This document shows positions 43,471-56,295 of a stretch of 64,000 bases of DNA, in pieces. Made by a program: the position numbers and the translations under genes. Below the pieces are notes generated by a model. That model saw only the letters and a list, made by a program, of their open reading frames with translations, searched no databases and was not told the origin of the DNA. Source of the stretch: an uncultured Candidatus Rokubacteria bacterium (lineage in GTDB: Bacteria; Methylomirabilota; Methylomirabilia; Rokubacteriales; DASRDR01). Numbering within the stretch: position 1 is the first letter of the stretch; each line of letters opens with the position of its first letter. Location of the stretch: contig CAVPSB010000014.1 in the NCBI GenBank assembly GCA_963708025.1, positions 503,271-567,270 on the forward strand. Reading direction: 5' to 3'.

Positions 43471-43920
43471 TCAAGAGCCGCGGGCCATGAGCACCGCATC
43501 CTCCGGCGGGTCGTCGTAGTAGTCACGGAACCGGCCGACCCCGGTGAAGCCGCACCGGCGGTAGAAGGCCCGGGCGCCCCGGTTCCGCGCCCGCACGCGG
43601 AGCCAGACCAGCGGGACGTCGAGGCCGCGGCAGTACCGGACAGCCGCCGACAGTAGCCCGCGGCCCACGCCCCGCCGGCGACAGGCCGGGTTGACCGCGA
43701 GGTTGATCACGTCGGCCTCGCCGCCGAGCGCCGATAGCTCCACGCCGGCGTAGCCGACGACACCGCCCCCGGCGGCGGCCGCCACCCAGAGCCGACCGCG
43801 GGGGGGGCGGGCAGCCCTGAAGATCGCGTGGAGGTAGGCGAAGGCGGGGCCGGGCCAGGCGTCGTCACCGAAGACGGCGGCCTCCAGGCGCGCCATGCCC
43901 GGGGCATCGGCCGCCCGCAT
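43471..43920 (-). CDS. rimI: RimI-like GNAT acetyltransferase
   Basis: NLAVNPACRRRGVG, LRVRARN..A..FY...GF, YYDDPPEDAVLM. Confidence 0.75.
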   Translation of the reverse strand: MRAADAPGMARLEAAVFGDDAWPGPAFAYLHAIFRAARPPRGRLWVAAAAGGGVVGYAGVELSALGGEADVINLAVNPACRRRGVGRGLLSAAVRYCRGLDVPLVWLRVRARNRGARAFYRRCGFTGVGRFRDYYDDPPEDAVLMARGS

Positions 43921-43948
43921 GGGGCGGACCGCGATCCGGCCCGGCCCG

Positions 43949-46123
43949 TCAGGCGGCGGGCGTCGCGGGCGGCGTCCGGGCCGGGAGCTTGATCGTGAAC
44001 GTCGAGCCCTTGCCGGGCCGACTCTGGACGTCGATCGTACCGCCGTGGCTCTGAACGATTCCCAGGCTGACCGAGAGGCCGAGGCCGGTGCCGCTCACGG
44101 CCGGCTTGGTGGTGAAGAAGGGATCGAAGATCCGATCGAGATGCTCGGGCGCGATGCCGACGCCGGTGTCGGCGAACTCGATCGCGACGCTGCCGTCCAC
44201 GGCGTGGGTCCGGATGGTCAGGGAGCCCCGTTCCTTCATGGCGTAGACGGCGTTGTTGATGATGTTCAGGAAGACCTGCTTGAGGCGGGAGACGTTGACC
44301 TCGACCCAGGGGAGACCGGTCCCGTACAGCTCGTGAAGGGTGACGTCGTCCAGGCTGCCCTGGCGGCGGACCATGGCCACCGTCTGCTCGACGACGGGAT
44401 TGATCTCGGTCAGCTCCGGCTCGAACTCCCGCTGCCGGCTGAAGTTCAGGAGATCGCGGACGATGTCGCGGGCACGCGCCGCTTCCTCCAGGATCAGATC
44501 GAGCTCCTCCCGCATCGGCTGACCCGGCTGGATCTGCTCGGCCAGGTAGGAGGCGAAGCCGAGCACGCTGGTCAGCGGATTGTTGATCTCGTGGGCGACG
44601 TTGGCGGCCAGCTCCCCGATGGCGGCAAGCTTGGCGGACTGGATGAGCTGGGCCTGGGTCTGCTTCAGCTCGGCCATCTGCCGCTTCACGCCCTCGTAGA
44701 GGCGCGCGTTCTCGATCGCCAGGGCCGCCTGGCGGCTGATCCCTTCCACCAGCCGCAGCTCCTCCGGGCCGAACTCGTGCTTCTGCTTCCACCACAGCGC
44801 GAACAGTCCGCCGATCGGCTCCTCCCGCACGACCATCGGCACGAAGAGGACCGACCGGTGGGGAAAGCGTCGGAACGTCTCGCGATCGATCCGCGGATCG
44901 GACTCCGCGTCGCTGGAGAAGAGTGGCCGGCGCTGCCGCCACGACTCCTCCAGGAAGGAGTGCCCTCGCAGGGGGATCGGGAACTGCCGGAACTCGTCGA
45001 GCAGATGCTTCGGCACATGGTAGCCCGCGATGGCCTCGAAGGCGCCCTGGTCGGTGGTCGCCAGGTAGGCGCCGACCATGTCGGCCCCGGTCGCCCGGGC
45101 GGCCTCGCGCGCCACCCGGCGCATCGTTTCGGTCAGCTCCAGGGTCGAGCTGACGGCCTGGCTGACGGTCAGGAGGGTCTCGGTCTCGCGGAGTCGCTGC
45201 TTGGTCTCCTCGTACAGCCGGGCGTTCTCCACGGCGATCGCGACCTGGTTGGCCACGATCTTCAGGAGCTGCTCCTCGTCGGCCTTGGCCGCCGGCGGCA
45301 GGACGTGCCGGGCCACCATCACGCCCAGCGTGCGGCCGGGGACGACCAGCGGGAGCGTCCACTCCACCTCCGTCCACTCGTCGGACGTTTCCAGGCCGGA
45401 CTGGGCGAGGAGGCTGCGGGGCGCCTCGGCGTTCCCGTGCACGGCGACCCGGATCCCGGCCGGCTCCGACAGCTCGACGGCGAGGCTGGCGCTGCCGAGC
45501 GCCCGGGCCAGGCTGGGGAGGAACCGCTCGAGCAGGGCCGTCACGCCCAGCTCGGAGGTGAGATCCTGGACCGCTCGGTGCAGCTCCTCGAGCTGCCGGG
45601 CCCGCCGGATGAAGTGGTGGTTGACTCGCTTCAGCTCCTCGACCTGGTTCACCAGGCGGTAGACCAGGCGCTGGTTCAGCTCCCGCAGGTAGAAGCCTTC
45701 CTCGCGCTCCTCCACGCGGTCCCGCCGGCCTTCCAGGAACTCCGCGACCTGGCGGGGGAAGGCGTCCACGTCGATCGGCTTCTGGATGTAGCCGTCGCAC
45801 CCCGCCACCAGCGTCCGCTGCCGGTCGCCCTCCATGGCGTAGGCGGTGACGGCGATCACCGGCGTGGTGGCGAGCGTCGGGAAGGACTTGAGGATCGCCA
45901 CCACCTCGTAGCCGTTGACTCCGGGCAGGTTGACGTCGAGGAGGATGAGGGCGGGCTTCTCGCTCACCGCGGCCTCGATGCCGGCCAGCCCGTCCTCGGC
46001 GTTGACCACCGTGTAACCCTCGGCCTCGAGGATGGCCCGGGCCAGCATCCGGTTCTCGGGGTTGTCCTCGATGTACAGGATCTTCGTTCCCTTGCGGTCG
46101 CGATGGAGTGCCGTACCGACCAT
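43949..46123 (-). CDS. Hybrid sensor kinase REC-GAF-GAF-HisKA-HATPase
   Basis: [22 protein letters not shown] twice; [29 protein letters not shown]. Confidence 0.92.
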   Translation of the reverse strand: MVGTALHRDRKGTKILYIEDNPENRMLARAILEAEGYTVVNAEDGLAGIEAAVSEKPALILLDVNLPGVNGYEVVAILKSFPTLATTPVIAVTAYAMEGDRQRTLVAGCDGYIQKPIDVDAFPRQVAEFLEGRRDRVEEREEGFYLRELNQRLVYRLVNQVEELKRVNHHFIRRARQLEELHRAVQDLTSELGVTALLERFLPSLARALGSASLAVELSEPAGIRVAVHGNAEAPRSLLAQSGLETSDEWTEVEWTLPLVVPGRTLGVMVARHVLPPAAKADEEQLLKIVANQVAIAVENARLYEETKQRLRETETLLTVSQAVSSTLELTETMRRVAREAARATGADMVGAYLATTDQGAFEAIAGYHVPKHLLDEFRQFPIPLRGHSFLEESWRQRRPLFSSDAESDPRIDRETFRRFPHRSVLFVPMVVREEPIGGLFALWWKQKHEFGPEELRLVEGISRQAALAIENARLYEGVKRQMAELKQTQAQLIQSAKLAAIGELAANVAHEINNPLTSVLGFASYLAEQIQPGQPMREELDLILEEAARARDIVRDLLNFSRQREFEPELTEINPVVEQTVAMVRRQGSLDDVTLHELYGTGLPWVEVNVSRLKQVFLNIINNAVYAMKERGSLTIRTHAVDGSVAIEFADTGVGIAPEHLDRIFDPFFTTKPAVSGTGLGLSVSLGIVQSHGGTIDVQSRPGKGSTFTIKLPARTPPATPAA

Positions 46124-46133
46124 GAGTCTCGCC

Positions 46134-48268
<2,135 letters not shown>

Positions 48269-48282
<14 letters not shown>

Positions 48283-49015
48283 GCGCGTCCCCCTCCACGC
48301 CCTCGGGGGGAAGCAGGTACCTGTCCTTCCTCCGCTGCTCCTCGATCTCGTCCTGGAGGATGCCGAACACGATGATGTCCCAGTACCGGCCGTCCCGGTA
48401 CGCCGCCTTCCGGAGGACGCCCTCCTGGGTGAAGCCGTTCCGCTTCAGCGTGTTGATGCTCAAGGGGTTGTACTCGTACGCCTTGGCTTCCAGGCGCCGG
48501 AGGCCGATGGTGTCCACGCCATAGTACGCCATCAGCCGGCTGGCCTGCACCCCGACGCCCCGCCGCGAGGCCCGGTGATCGGCGATGATGGTCTCGATGC
48601 CGGCGTACCCCTCGGCCTGGTGGATGTTCATCAGCCTGACCAGCCCCACCGGCCGGCCGGGGTCCTCGTTCGGTACGACGATCAGCACGATCTGGGTGGG
48701 GTCGTTCAGCACCGCGTCGTAGAACGAGGCGTCCTTCTCGTAGGCCGCGAAGAGCGAGAGGAACTCGCTGCCGACCATCCGCTCGAGATGCGGATCGTCG
48801 GCCCAGGCGTCGAGATGGCGGAGATCGTCGCGCGTGAAGGTGCGGAGATAGATCCGCCTGCCACGGGTGACCACGATCTCCGGCGGCGCCTCGCTGGCGG
48901 TCGGGGCGGAGGGGATGGCGGCGTCGGCCTCGGCGGGTGCCCGCTGGGCCGCCGACACCCGCACCCTCGGCCCGAACGCCGAGAAACGACGCTGGTCGTG
49001 CATCCGGAGCTTCAC
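48269..49015 (-). CDS. RimJ/RimL/SpeG-type GNAT acetyltransferase
   Basis: IYLRTF, RRGVG, GLRRLEA, NPLSI..LKRNGFTQEGVLR; overlaps the kinase start. Confidence 0.85.
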
Positions 49016-49184
49016 CCGCCCTTCCTGAGCCTCTGCGATCACCCGACCCCCCGTAGCCGAGCGGCCACGCCGTTCGCCAGAAGCGCCAAAGGCCCGGCGG
49101 TGCCGGGTTCCCGGATGAGGCTAAGATAGCGCAGTCACGGACCAAACGCCAAGTTGTCCGAGGCGACTCGGAACAGGCGCTGAA

Positions 49185-49222
49185 CCAGGGGGGGCGGCCG
49201 GCTTCCCGGCCGCCCCCCCTGG
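49185..49222. terminator. Strong GC hairpin after the secreted-protein gene
   Basis: CCAGGGGGGGCGGCCGG-CTTC-CCGGCCGCCCCCCCTGG; no long U tract. Confidence 0.55.
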
Positions 49223-49243
49223 GCTGTGTCGCTGCTCCCTATG

Positions 49244-49954
49244 TCACTGGAGCGGTGCGGTCGGGAAGTCCAACTCGAACCTGGCCGTGGCCATCCCGAG
49301 CGACTCTTCCTTGTTGTGGACGCGGATCAGCTTGTTGTCGTCGCCGAGGTAGTAGGACCGCTCGTTCCGGCGCGGCCTGCGGTGCATGCCGACCTCGTCG
49401 GTTACGAAGGGCAGCCGCACCTTGCCCGTGAACGTCGCCGGCCCGAGCCCGAGGAGGCCGGCGTCTTGGCCCAGGACGGACTCAGGAGTCCACGTGCCCG
49501 ACATGGCGATGAGGCGATTCTTGGGGTCGACGACTTGCATCACGCCCTCGATCCTCCCCGTCATGACGACGAACTCCGGTGCGTCCACCGGGTTGTCCAT
49601 CTCGATCGTCACGGAGACCCTGGCGGTCAGAGTCCCGGCACCGGTTTGCATGTCGATCCGGTCCTCACCGTAGGCGACCAGGTTGCACGGGATGGAGCCG
49701 CCGATCAGGCCGTTCGCAATCAGCAGGCCGATCAGCGCGTCGGGGCAAAGTGGGGTGCCGACCTTGGCGTCCCCCATCAGCGATCCTGCGCCGATCCGGG
49801 TTACCCCATCCACGGACATTTTCTCGGTCAGCTCGTAGAACACCGCATCGTTGCTGGAGCCGGCCTGAGCCGGCGCTGCGGCCAGCACGACCAGCGCCAG
49901 GGACACCGCCGAGGAGAGCGCCTGCAGCTTCCCCTTCAGGGGCATGCCGTTCAT
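49244..49954 (-). CDS. Secreted beta-rich hypothetical protein
   Basis: RBS gaggag, signal peptide ending APAQA, two Cys, no family recognised. Confidence 0.75.
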   Translation of the reverse strand: MNGMPLKGKLQALSSAVSLALVVLAAAPAQAGSSNDAVFYELTEKMSVDGVTRIGAGSLMGDAKVGTPLCPDALIGLLIANGLIGGSIPCNLVAYGEDRIDMQTGAGTLTARVSVTIEMDNPVDAPEFVVMTGRIEGVMQVVDPKNRLIAMSGTWTPESVLGQDAGLLGLGPATFTGKVRLPFVTDEVGMHRRPRRNERSYYLGDDNKLIRVHNKEESLGMATARFELDFPTAPLQ

Positions 49955-50102
49955 GTATTTGGTTCTCCTCACGTTCGCCCCGGCAGGACCTGCCGGAGAG
50001 CACCAACCCGGGGACAGCGTGACGTGTCGCGCGACACGCCCGACCGGCCGACTACCGATTGCTGAGGAACACCAGCGCGTACACATTGCTCGATCAGGCC
50101 AA

Positions 50103-50118
50103 AGCAATTTGACTGCCA
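50103..50118 (-). promoter_or_regulatory. Sigma-54 promoter
   Basis: TGGCAGTCAAATTGCT. Confidence 0.75.
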
Positions 50119-50146
50119 GGAATGTCTCGGCCGACGAGCCGCACGG

Positions 50147-50159
50147 AATCAACATGTTA
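50147..50159 (+). promoter_or_regulatory. IHF binding site
   Basis: AATCAACATGTTA matches WATCAA-N4-TTR, about 30 bp upstream of the -24 box. Confidence 0.7.
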
Positions 50160-50287
50160 CGCTGCGATTGCGCTCAGGTGAGATCACCGGGCCGGCTCAC
50201 TCCTGGCCAGCGGCCCGGGGCTATCCGGCCAGGAACTGAGCGCTCTTCGGGAAGGTGGGAGGGCGGCCCGGCAGGCCGGCCAACGCG

Positions 50288-51112
50288 TCAGCCGCCGGGG
50301 CGGGGTGTCCGGGCCTCCGCCCGGACCCACGCGAGGAGGCTGATGTCGGCCAGGAAGGTTGTCCGGGCCTCGAGGACCGCGAATCCGGACGACCGGAGCG
50401 CCTGGTGGAACTCCTCGGCGGACATGTAGTGGGGCTGGTAGTCGCGGAACCGCTCGAACAGCGCGGTCGGGAGGAGCCAGCGGAGCGACCGCACGGCCGC
50501 GCCCCAGCCCCGAACGGCCGTGATCTCCCGGAAGATCCGCGCGACACGCGCCGGCCGCGAATAGGTGAGGAAGACCGCGTGGCCGCCCGGCTTGAGGGCG
50601 TGCCGGCAGCCCTCCAGGAGGCTGCGGGGGTCGGGGTGCCAGTAGAGCGTGTGCATGCTCACCAGCACGTCATAGGCGCCGCCGCCCGGAATGGGATCCG
50701 AGGCCACGTCGAGCTGGTGGAACTCCACCTTGCCGGCGCGCGGGCTCGCTCCGCGATCGCGCGCGATCCCGACCAGGGAGCCGACGACGTCCAGTCCCAC
50801 GACCGAGTACCCGAGCCGGGCCAGCTCGAGCGCGACGGTGCCGGTGCCGCAGGCGACGTCGAGGACCTTCACCGCGGCGCGGTCGCCCGAATCGTGCGAG
50901 CGCTCGACGAAGGTGGCGACCTCCCGGAGCAGTGACTGGTACGGCTCGAACGAGCGGACGACGGCGTCGTAGGTGAGCCCGTACGCCCGGGCGATCAGCC
51001 GCTCCATCGAATCCCGGATGCGGCTGCGCTCTATCGGTGGCATGTCGGCGACCCAGGTGGCACGCTCGGGGAGGGTTCGGAGAGCCGGAGGGTCCGTCGC
51101 CCGCCTCTCCAT
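50288..51112 (-). CDS. Class I SAM-dependent methyltransferase
   Basis: VLDVACGTG, VVGLD, HTLYWHPDP, LKPGG. Confidence 0.88.
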   Translation of the reverse strand: MERRATDPPALRTLPERATWVADMPPIERSRIRDSMERLIARAYGLTYDAVVRSFEPYQSLLREVATFVERSHDSGDRAAVKVLDVACGTGTVALELARLGYSVVGLDVVGSLVGIARDRGASPRAGKVEFHQLDVASDPIPGGGAYDVLVSMHTLYWHPDPRSLLEGCRHALKPGGHAVFLTYSRPARVARIFREITAVRGWGAAVRSLRWLLPTALFERFRDYQPHYMSAEEFHQALRSSGFAVLEARTTFLADISLLAWVRAEARTPRPGG

Positions 51113-51898
51113 CTACTCCGTGAAGTCCTTCCGCGCCCAGATCAGGAGACTGGCCTCGTTCAGGAAGGTTCTCCGGGTCTCGAGCACCGTGAAGCCGGCC
51201 GCCTGCAGGTGAGCGGTGAACTCGTCCTCCTCCCAGTAGGTCGGCCCGACCTTGTGGCGGGCCGCCTCGAAGATGGCGTTGGGCACGACCCACAGCAGCG
51301 AGCGGATCGCGGGTCCCAGGCCCTGACGCGCCCGCAGCTCCCGGAAGGTGGCCCGCAGCTCCACGCGGCGAGTGTGGTTCACGAACACGGCGTGACCGCC
51401 CGGCTTCAGCACACGGCAGGCTTCCTTCAGCTTCCGATCGGGATCGGGGTGGACGTACAGGGAGTGAACGTTCACGATCTGGTCGAAGGCGGCGTCCCGG
51501 AAGGTGCTGCCCTTGGCGAGGTCGGCGTGCTGGAAGGCGAGGTGCGCGAGCCGCTTGGCCTGCCGCTTCTCCCGGGCGAGGTCGATCAGGCTCCCGTAGC
51601 GATCGAGCCCGACCACCGTGAAGCCGGCCTCGGCCAGCTTCAGCGCCAGGTTGCCGGGGCCGCAGCCCAGCTCCAGGATGCGCACGTCCCGCCGGCTGGT
51701 GGATTCGGGGACGGCGCTCTGGACGAGGTCCAGCACTTCCCGCTGGAGACTCTGGTAGGGTCCGAACCGCTCGAAGATGTAGTCGTAGACCACGCCGTAG
51801 CCAACCGCGACCATGCGGTCGAGAGCTCGCGAGAACACCCCTTTCACCACCTTCCGCGCGGGCACCGCCGAATTGCCCACTTCGGCGCTGGACCCCAT
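51113..51898 (-). CDS. Class I SAM-dependent methyltransferase (paralogue)
   Basis: ILELGCGPG, VVGLD, HSLYVHPDP, LKPGG. Confidence 0.88.
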   Translation of the reverse strand: MGSSAEVGNSAVPARKVVKGVFSRALDRMVAVGYGVVYDYIFERFGPYQSLQREVLDLVQSAVPESTSRRDVRILELGCGPGNLALKLAEAGFTVVGLDRYGSLIDLAREKRQAKRLAHLAFQHADLAKGSTFRDAAFDQIVNVHSLYVHPDPDRKLKEACRVLKPGGHAVFVNHTRRVELRATFRELRARQGLGPAIRSLLWVVPNAIFEAARHKVGPTYWEEDEFTAHLQAAGFTVLETRRTFLNEASLLIWARKDFTE

Positions 51899-51900
51899 GG

Positions 51901-52287
51901 CTAGGCGCCCCCGCCCTTCCCGGTCAACGCCGTCTCGACCGCCACCCGCAGCTCGTCGGAGGTGAACGGTTTGAGCAGGATGGCGCCGAATCCCATCTCC
52001 GCGGCCCGGTGGGTGACATCCGGCGTGCCGTGGGCCGTGATGAGCATGAAGGCCATGTCCGGGCGGAGGGTGCGGGCCTGCTCGAACACCTGGAAGCCGT
52101 CCATTCCCGGCATGCGGTAGTCGACGATCATGAGATCGAACGGCTCGTGACGGAGGTGCTCCAGCGCCGTCTCGCCCCGGTTCGCCCCCCGGACCGCGTA
52201 GCCCAGCGACTGCAGGATGTTCACGCAGAGGATGACGACCGGACCCGCGTCGTCGACGACCAGGATCTTGGTCTTGCCCTGCTTCAA
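51901..52287 (-). CDS. Single-domain response regulator (CheY-like)
   Basis: ILVVDD, DYRMPGMDG, ITAHG, KPF; TTG start overlaps the upstream stop. Confidence 0.88.
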   Translation of the reverse strand: MKQGKTKILVVDDAGPVVILCVNILQSLGYAVRGANRGETALEHLRHEPFDLMIVDYRMPGMDGFQVFEQARTLRPDMAFMLITAHGTPDVTHRAAEMGFGAILLKPFTSDELRVAVETALTGKGGGA

Positions 52288-53954
52288 CAGTCGACCTCCA
52301 CCGCGGATTGGCCGGTCACGGGTTGCGCGACCGCCGCCGGGTCCCCGGAGGGATCGGCCAGGACACCGGCGGCGCGGACGTCCAGGTGCCGGCTGATCTC
52401 GGTGATCCGGGCCCGGGGAATCGCCGCGAACGCCGTGATGACCCGGGGGTCGAAGTGGACGCCCTTGCCCCGCAGGACCTCGGCCAAGGCGGCGTCGTGC
52501 GGCAGCGCGTTCCGATACGGTCGCGCCGAGGTCATGGCGTCGAAGGAATCGGCGACCGTCACGATGCGCGCCGCCAGGGGGATGTCGTCGCCCTTGAGCC
52601 CGTCGGGATAACCCTTGCCATCGTACCGCTCGTGATGATACTTGATCGCCTCCGCCTCCTGCTTGAGGAAACGCAGGGGCTTCAGGATCTTGTAGGCGAC
52701 CAGCGGATGGCGGGTGATCAGCGCGTACTCGTCCTTGGAGAGCCGTCCCGGCTTGTGGAGGATCGAGTCGAGGATGACGAGCTTGCCGAGGTCGTGGAGA
52801 ATGCCGGCCCGACGGGTGACGAACACCTGGGCCGGTGAGAGCCGCATGGCCTCCGCGATCTCCGCCGCGTACAGCGAGACGCGGGCCGAGTGGCCCCGGA
52901 GGTACAGGTCCTTCGATTCGAGCGCGCCGACGAACGACGAGATCATGTCGATGAGGTTGCCCTCGAGGTTCTCGCGGAGCAGGCTCCGCTGGAGCGCCAG
53001 CGCGGTGGTCTGCGCGTAGCCCAGCAGGAACTCCTTCTCGTCCGGCAGGAACGCGCCAGCCCGCCCAGCCCGCCCAGCCCGCCCAGCCCGCCCAGCCCGG
53101 ACGTCGCGTCCCAGGCACAGGATGCCGGTGCTGCCGCCGCCGGGGATGGGGGCGGCGATCGCCGCCAGGGCGCGCTCGCGGGCGCCGAGCGTCCGGGTCT
53201 CCTTGCCGGCCTCGAGCAGGTCGCCGAAGGCGTCGCGGGCCAGGCTCAGGAGCGCACCGGAGAGCTCCGGGTCGCCCCGCTGGCTGGCCGTGAAGCCTCC
53301 GTCGTGGTCGCGCACGAGCAGCAGCGCGGCATCGGCGCGGAGGCTCTGCATCGTGAAATCGAGGAGCCTGTCGATGAACGTGGCGGGGTCGAGGCCCTCC
53401 AGAGCCAGCTCGCCGATCTTGAAGAGCCCCTCCATGCCGCTCTGACGCCGGACCAGCTCCTCGACGAGTCCGGCCGGCTGGCCGACCGGGTCAGCCCCGG
53501 CCAGGCGGTCCTTGCGGAGGCGCTGGACGAGCTGCTGGACTTCCTTCACCGAAAAGGGCTTCGGCAGGTAGTCGTAGGCCCCGTGACGCAGGCCGGAGAC
53601 CGCCGAGTTGATCGACGGCACCCCGGTCATCAGGACCACCGGCGTGCCCGGCTGCTTCTCCTTCATGGTCCGGAGGAGGTCGAGGCCGCTGAGAGCCGGC
53701 ATCTTGATGTCCGAGACGACCAGGTCCAACTCGGTCTCGGCCAGGACATCAACGGCCTGCTCGGCGGTCGAGGCCGTGGTGACGAGGCAGCCGTTGAGCT
53801 TGAAGGCCGAGGTCAGGAACTGCAGGACGTGGGAGTTGTCGTCCACCAGCAGGACCCGGAGGATGTCCAGCCCGGGTGGGCCTGCGGTCCGTCCGGCCGG
53901 CGCGCCGGCCGGCGTGGTTCCCCCCGACGGGAACTCGCTCGGCGTGTTCGTCAT
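52284..53954 (-). CDS. REC-GAF-HD-GYP phosphodiesterase
   Basis: DIKMP, GHSARV, LHDLGK, HHERYDGKGYPDGL, ADSFDAMTS. Confidence 0.92.
   Translation of the reverse strand: MTNTPSEFPSGGTTPAGAPAGRTAGPPGLDILRVLLVDDNSHVLQFLTSAFKLNGCLVTTASTAEQAVDVLAETELDLVVSDIKMPALSGLDLLRTMKEKQPGTPVVLMTGVPSINSAVSGLRHGAYDYLPKPFSVKEVQQLVQRLRKDRLAGADPVGQPAGLVEELVRRQSGMEGLFKIGELALEGLDPATFIDRLLDFTMQSLRADAALLLVRDHDGGFTASQRGDPELSGALLSLARDAFGDLLEAGKETRTLGARERALAAIAAPIPGGGSTGILCLGRDVRAGRAGRAGRAGRAGAFLPDEKEFLLGYAQTTALALQRSLLRENLEGNLIDMISSFVGALESKDLYLRGHSARVSLYAAEIAEAMRLSPAQVFVTRRAGILHDLGKLVILDSILHKPGRLSKDEYALITRHPLVAYKILKPLRFLKQEAEAIKYHHERYDGKGYPDGLKGDDIPLAARIVTVADSFDAMTSARPYRNALPHDAALAEVLRGKGVHFDPRVITAFAAIPRARITEISRHLDVRAAGVLADPSGDPAAVAQPVTGQSAVEVDC
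53056..53099. repeat. In-frame 9-bp tandem repeat x5 (RAG)
   Basis: (ccagcccgc)5. Confidence 0.9.
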
Positions 53955-54170
53955 CCGGCCCTCCCCCTGTTCACAGTCCCAAAATCATAGACCGGGCGAT
54001 CGGCCGCTCCACGAAAATTTGCCACCGGGCAGGGGAGGGGTCGCGGGCCCCGGGAGCTCCCTGACGACCACGGGGTGGCGGGCCGGGGCCCGGAGGCGGC
54101 GGACGCCAGCCCTGCCGAACCCGGTGCCGTCCCCGGCTCCGACCGACCCCGGGTTGCTAACCCCTCGCAA

Positions 54171-55817
54171 TCAGGCGGTTGTCCTGACCAGCCGCGGGGC
54201 GCTCCCCGCCTGCGCTTCGGTCGCCGCGGCTGCCAGGCCCTCGGCGGTGGCGTCCGTGCGGCTGTCGTAGAACCGGCTGATCTCGGCCAGACGCTCCACG
54301 GAGACGAGGGCCAGGGCCTCGGTGACCAGTGGGTCGAACTGGGCTCCCGCGTGCCGGCGGATCTCCGCCAGCGCGCTCTCGATCGGCAGGGCCTTGCGGT
54401 ACGGACGGTCGGACGTCATGGCGTCGAAGGAGTCCGCCACCGTGACGATCCGGGCGATGAGAGGGATGTCGTCGCCCTTCAGGCCATCGGGGTACCCCTT
54501 GCCGTCGTAGCGCTCGTGATGCCGCTTGACGGCCTCCGCCTCCCGGGCCAGGAACCGGAGCGGCTTGAGGATCTTGGCAGCCGTCACCGGGTGACCCATC
54601 ATCAGCGCGAACTCCTCGTTGGTGAGCCGCCCCGGCTTCTGGAGGATGGAGTCGAGCACGACGAGCTTGCCGAGGTCGTGGAGGATGCCCGCTCGCCGCG
54701 TCACCGCCACCTGGGCCGGGGAGAGGCCCATGGCCCTGGCAATCTCGCCCGCGTAGAGCGAGACCCGCGCGGAGTGCCCCTTCAGGTACGTGTCCTTGGA
54801 CTCGAGGGCGTTGACGAAAGAGGAGATGGTGTCGATCAGGTTCTCCTCGACGTTCTCGCTCAGCAGGATCTTCTGGAGCGACACCCCGATGGTCCGGGCA
54901 TAGGCGAGGAGCAGTTCCTTCTCGTCGGCCAGGAACGCCGCGCCTCCGGTGCGCCCCAGACAGAGGACGCCCATGGGCTTTTCGGTCCCGGGAACGAGGG
55001 TGGCCAGCGCCGCGACCGGGCCGGCCTCGGAGGCCAGAGCCAGGCTCTCGTGTCCGCCGGTCTTCTGAATCTCGTCCAGCGAGGCCCGGGCCAGGCTCGA
55101 GATCTGGGCCGCGAGTGCCGGATCGCCCTTCTGGCTGGCCGTGAAGTCGCCGTCCTCGTCGAACAGGAGGATGACCGCGGCGTGGGCGCGGAGACTCTCG
55201 ATGGTGTAGTCGAGGACGGTCTCCACGAACACCGGCGTGTCGAGCCCCTGCAGGGCGAGGGCGCCGATCCGGGAAAGCACCTCCATGCCGAACTGTCGCC
55301 GGGCCAGCTCCTCGGCCCCGGCCGGGTTCCTATCCAGCTCTTCCTGGGCCCGGCGATCCTGGCGTACCCGCTCGAGCAGCCGCTGGACCTCGTCGACCGA
55401 GAACGGCTTGGTCAGGTAGTCGAAGGCCTGGTGACGGATGCCGAAGACGGCGGAGTCCACGGTGGGCACCCCGGTGATGAGGACCACCGGCGTCCGCGGC
55501 TGCTGGCCCTTGACGGCCTGCAGGACGTCCAGCCCGCTGAGGCCGGGCATCTTGATGTCGGAGACCACGAGATCGAAGGACATCTGTCCGATCAGCTCGA
55601 GGGCCTCCTCGGCGGTCGCGGCCGCGGTGATCAGACAGCCGTTCGAGGAGAAGGCGGCCGAGAGGAAGCGGAGGACCGGCGCGTGATCGTCGACCAGGAG
55701 GACGCGCAGGCTGTCGGCGCCGGAGTCGGCCGTCTCGAGACGGGGGTCGGGGTGCGCCTTCGGAGCCGACGGTGCCGGCCGACTTCCGGAATGATTGGTG
55801 CCCTGGCTCTTCTTCAT
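54171..55817 (-). CDS. REC-GAF-HD-GYP phosphodiesterase (paralogue)
   Basis: Same motifs as 52284-53954 and colinear with it. Confidence 0.92.
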   Translation of the reverse strand: MKKSQGTNHSGSRPAPSAPKAHPDPRLETADSGADSLRVLLVDDHAPVLRFLSAAFSSNGCLITAAATAEEALELIGQMSFDLVVSDIKMPGLSGLDVLQAVKGQQPRTPVVLITGVPTVDSAVFGIRHQAFDYLTKPFSVDEVQRLLERVRQDRRAQEELDRNPAGAEELARRQFGMEVLSRIGALALQGLDTPVFVETVLDYTIESLRAHAAVILLFDEDGDFTASQKGDPALAAQISSLARASLDEIQKTGGHESLALASEAGPVAALATLVPGTEKPMGVLCLGRTGGAAFLADEKELLLAYARTIGVSLQKILLSENVEENLIDTISSFVNALESKDTYLKGHSARVSLYAGEIARAMGLSPAQVAVTRRAGILHDLGKLVVLDSILQKPGRLTNEEFALMMGHPVTAAKILKPLRFLAREAEAVKRHHERYDGKGYPDGLKGDDIPLIARIVTVADSFDAMTSDRPYRKALPIESALAEIRRHAGAQFDPLVTEALALVSVERLAEISRFYDSRTDATAEGLAAAATEAQAGSAPRLVRTTA

Positions 55818-55903
55818 TCGCCGATCCTTTCCGTTGGCCTTCGTTGCCGGACCGTTTCTTCGCGTGAGCCCGCCTCATTCGCGGACGGCGGCTGCCGCAT
55901 TTT

Positions 55904-55920
55904 TGCAACGGACATTCCAA
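55904..55920 (-). promoter_or_regulatory. Sigma-54 promoter candidate for the HD-GYP genes
   Basis: TTGGAATGTCCGTTGCA (GG-N10-GC). Confidence 0.6.
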
Positions 55921-56295
55921 GTGGGATAGATGGTAATTCAAGTAGCCGCGCCCACGGCTGTTTTGCATTTCGGGTGTCGGGCGAAGAGGGCCCAGCGCTG
56001 GCTGATTGCTGGCCACTTCGGCCATTCTGGCCTGGAGGAAAAGAGCCAGAGGCACCGGCGGCGGCCGTCGCGGACGGCTGGCCGACCGGGGAGCCCGGGC
56101 TCTTCGACTCCCGGGCCGAAAGGTCGAGGTCGCCTCTCCGCGGCGGCCATTCTGGCCAGATCGTGGTCATCGGGGCCCCCGGTGAGCCCTTTTCTACCGG
56201 TCTCGACGCCCGAGATGCTACCAATGGGCGTATCGGTGGAGCGCGCATTCGCGCATTCCCCCGGATGAACAGTGTCACACTCGCACCTTCGCGAT

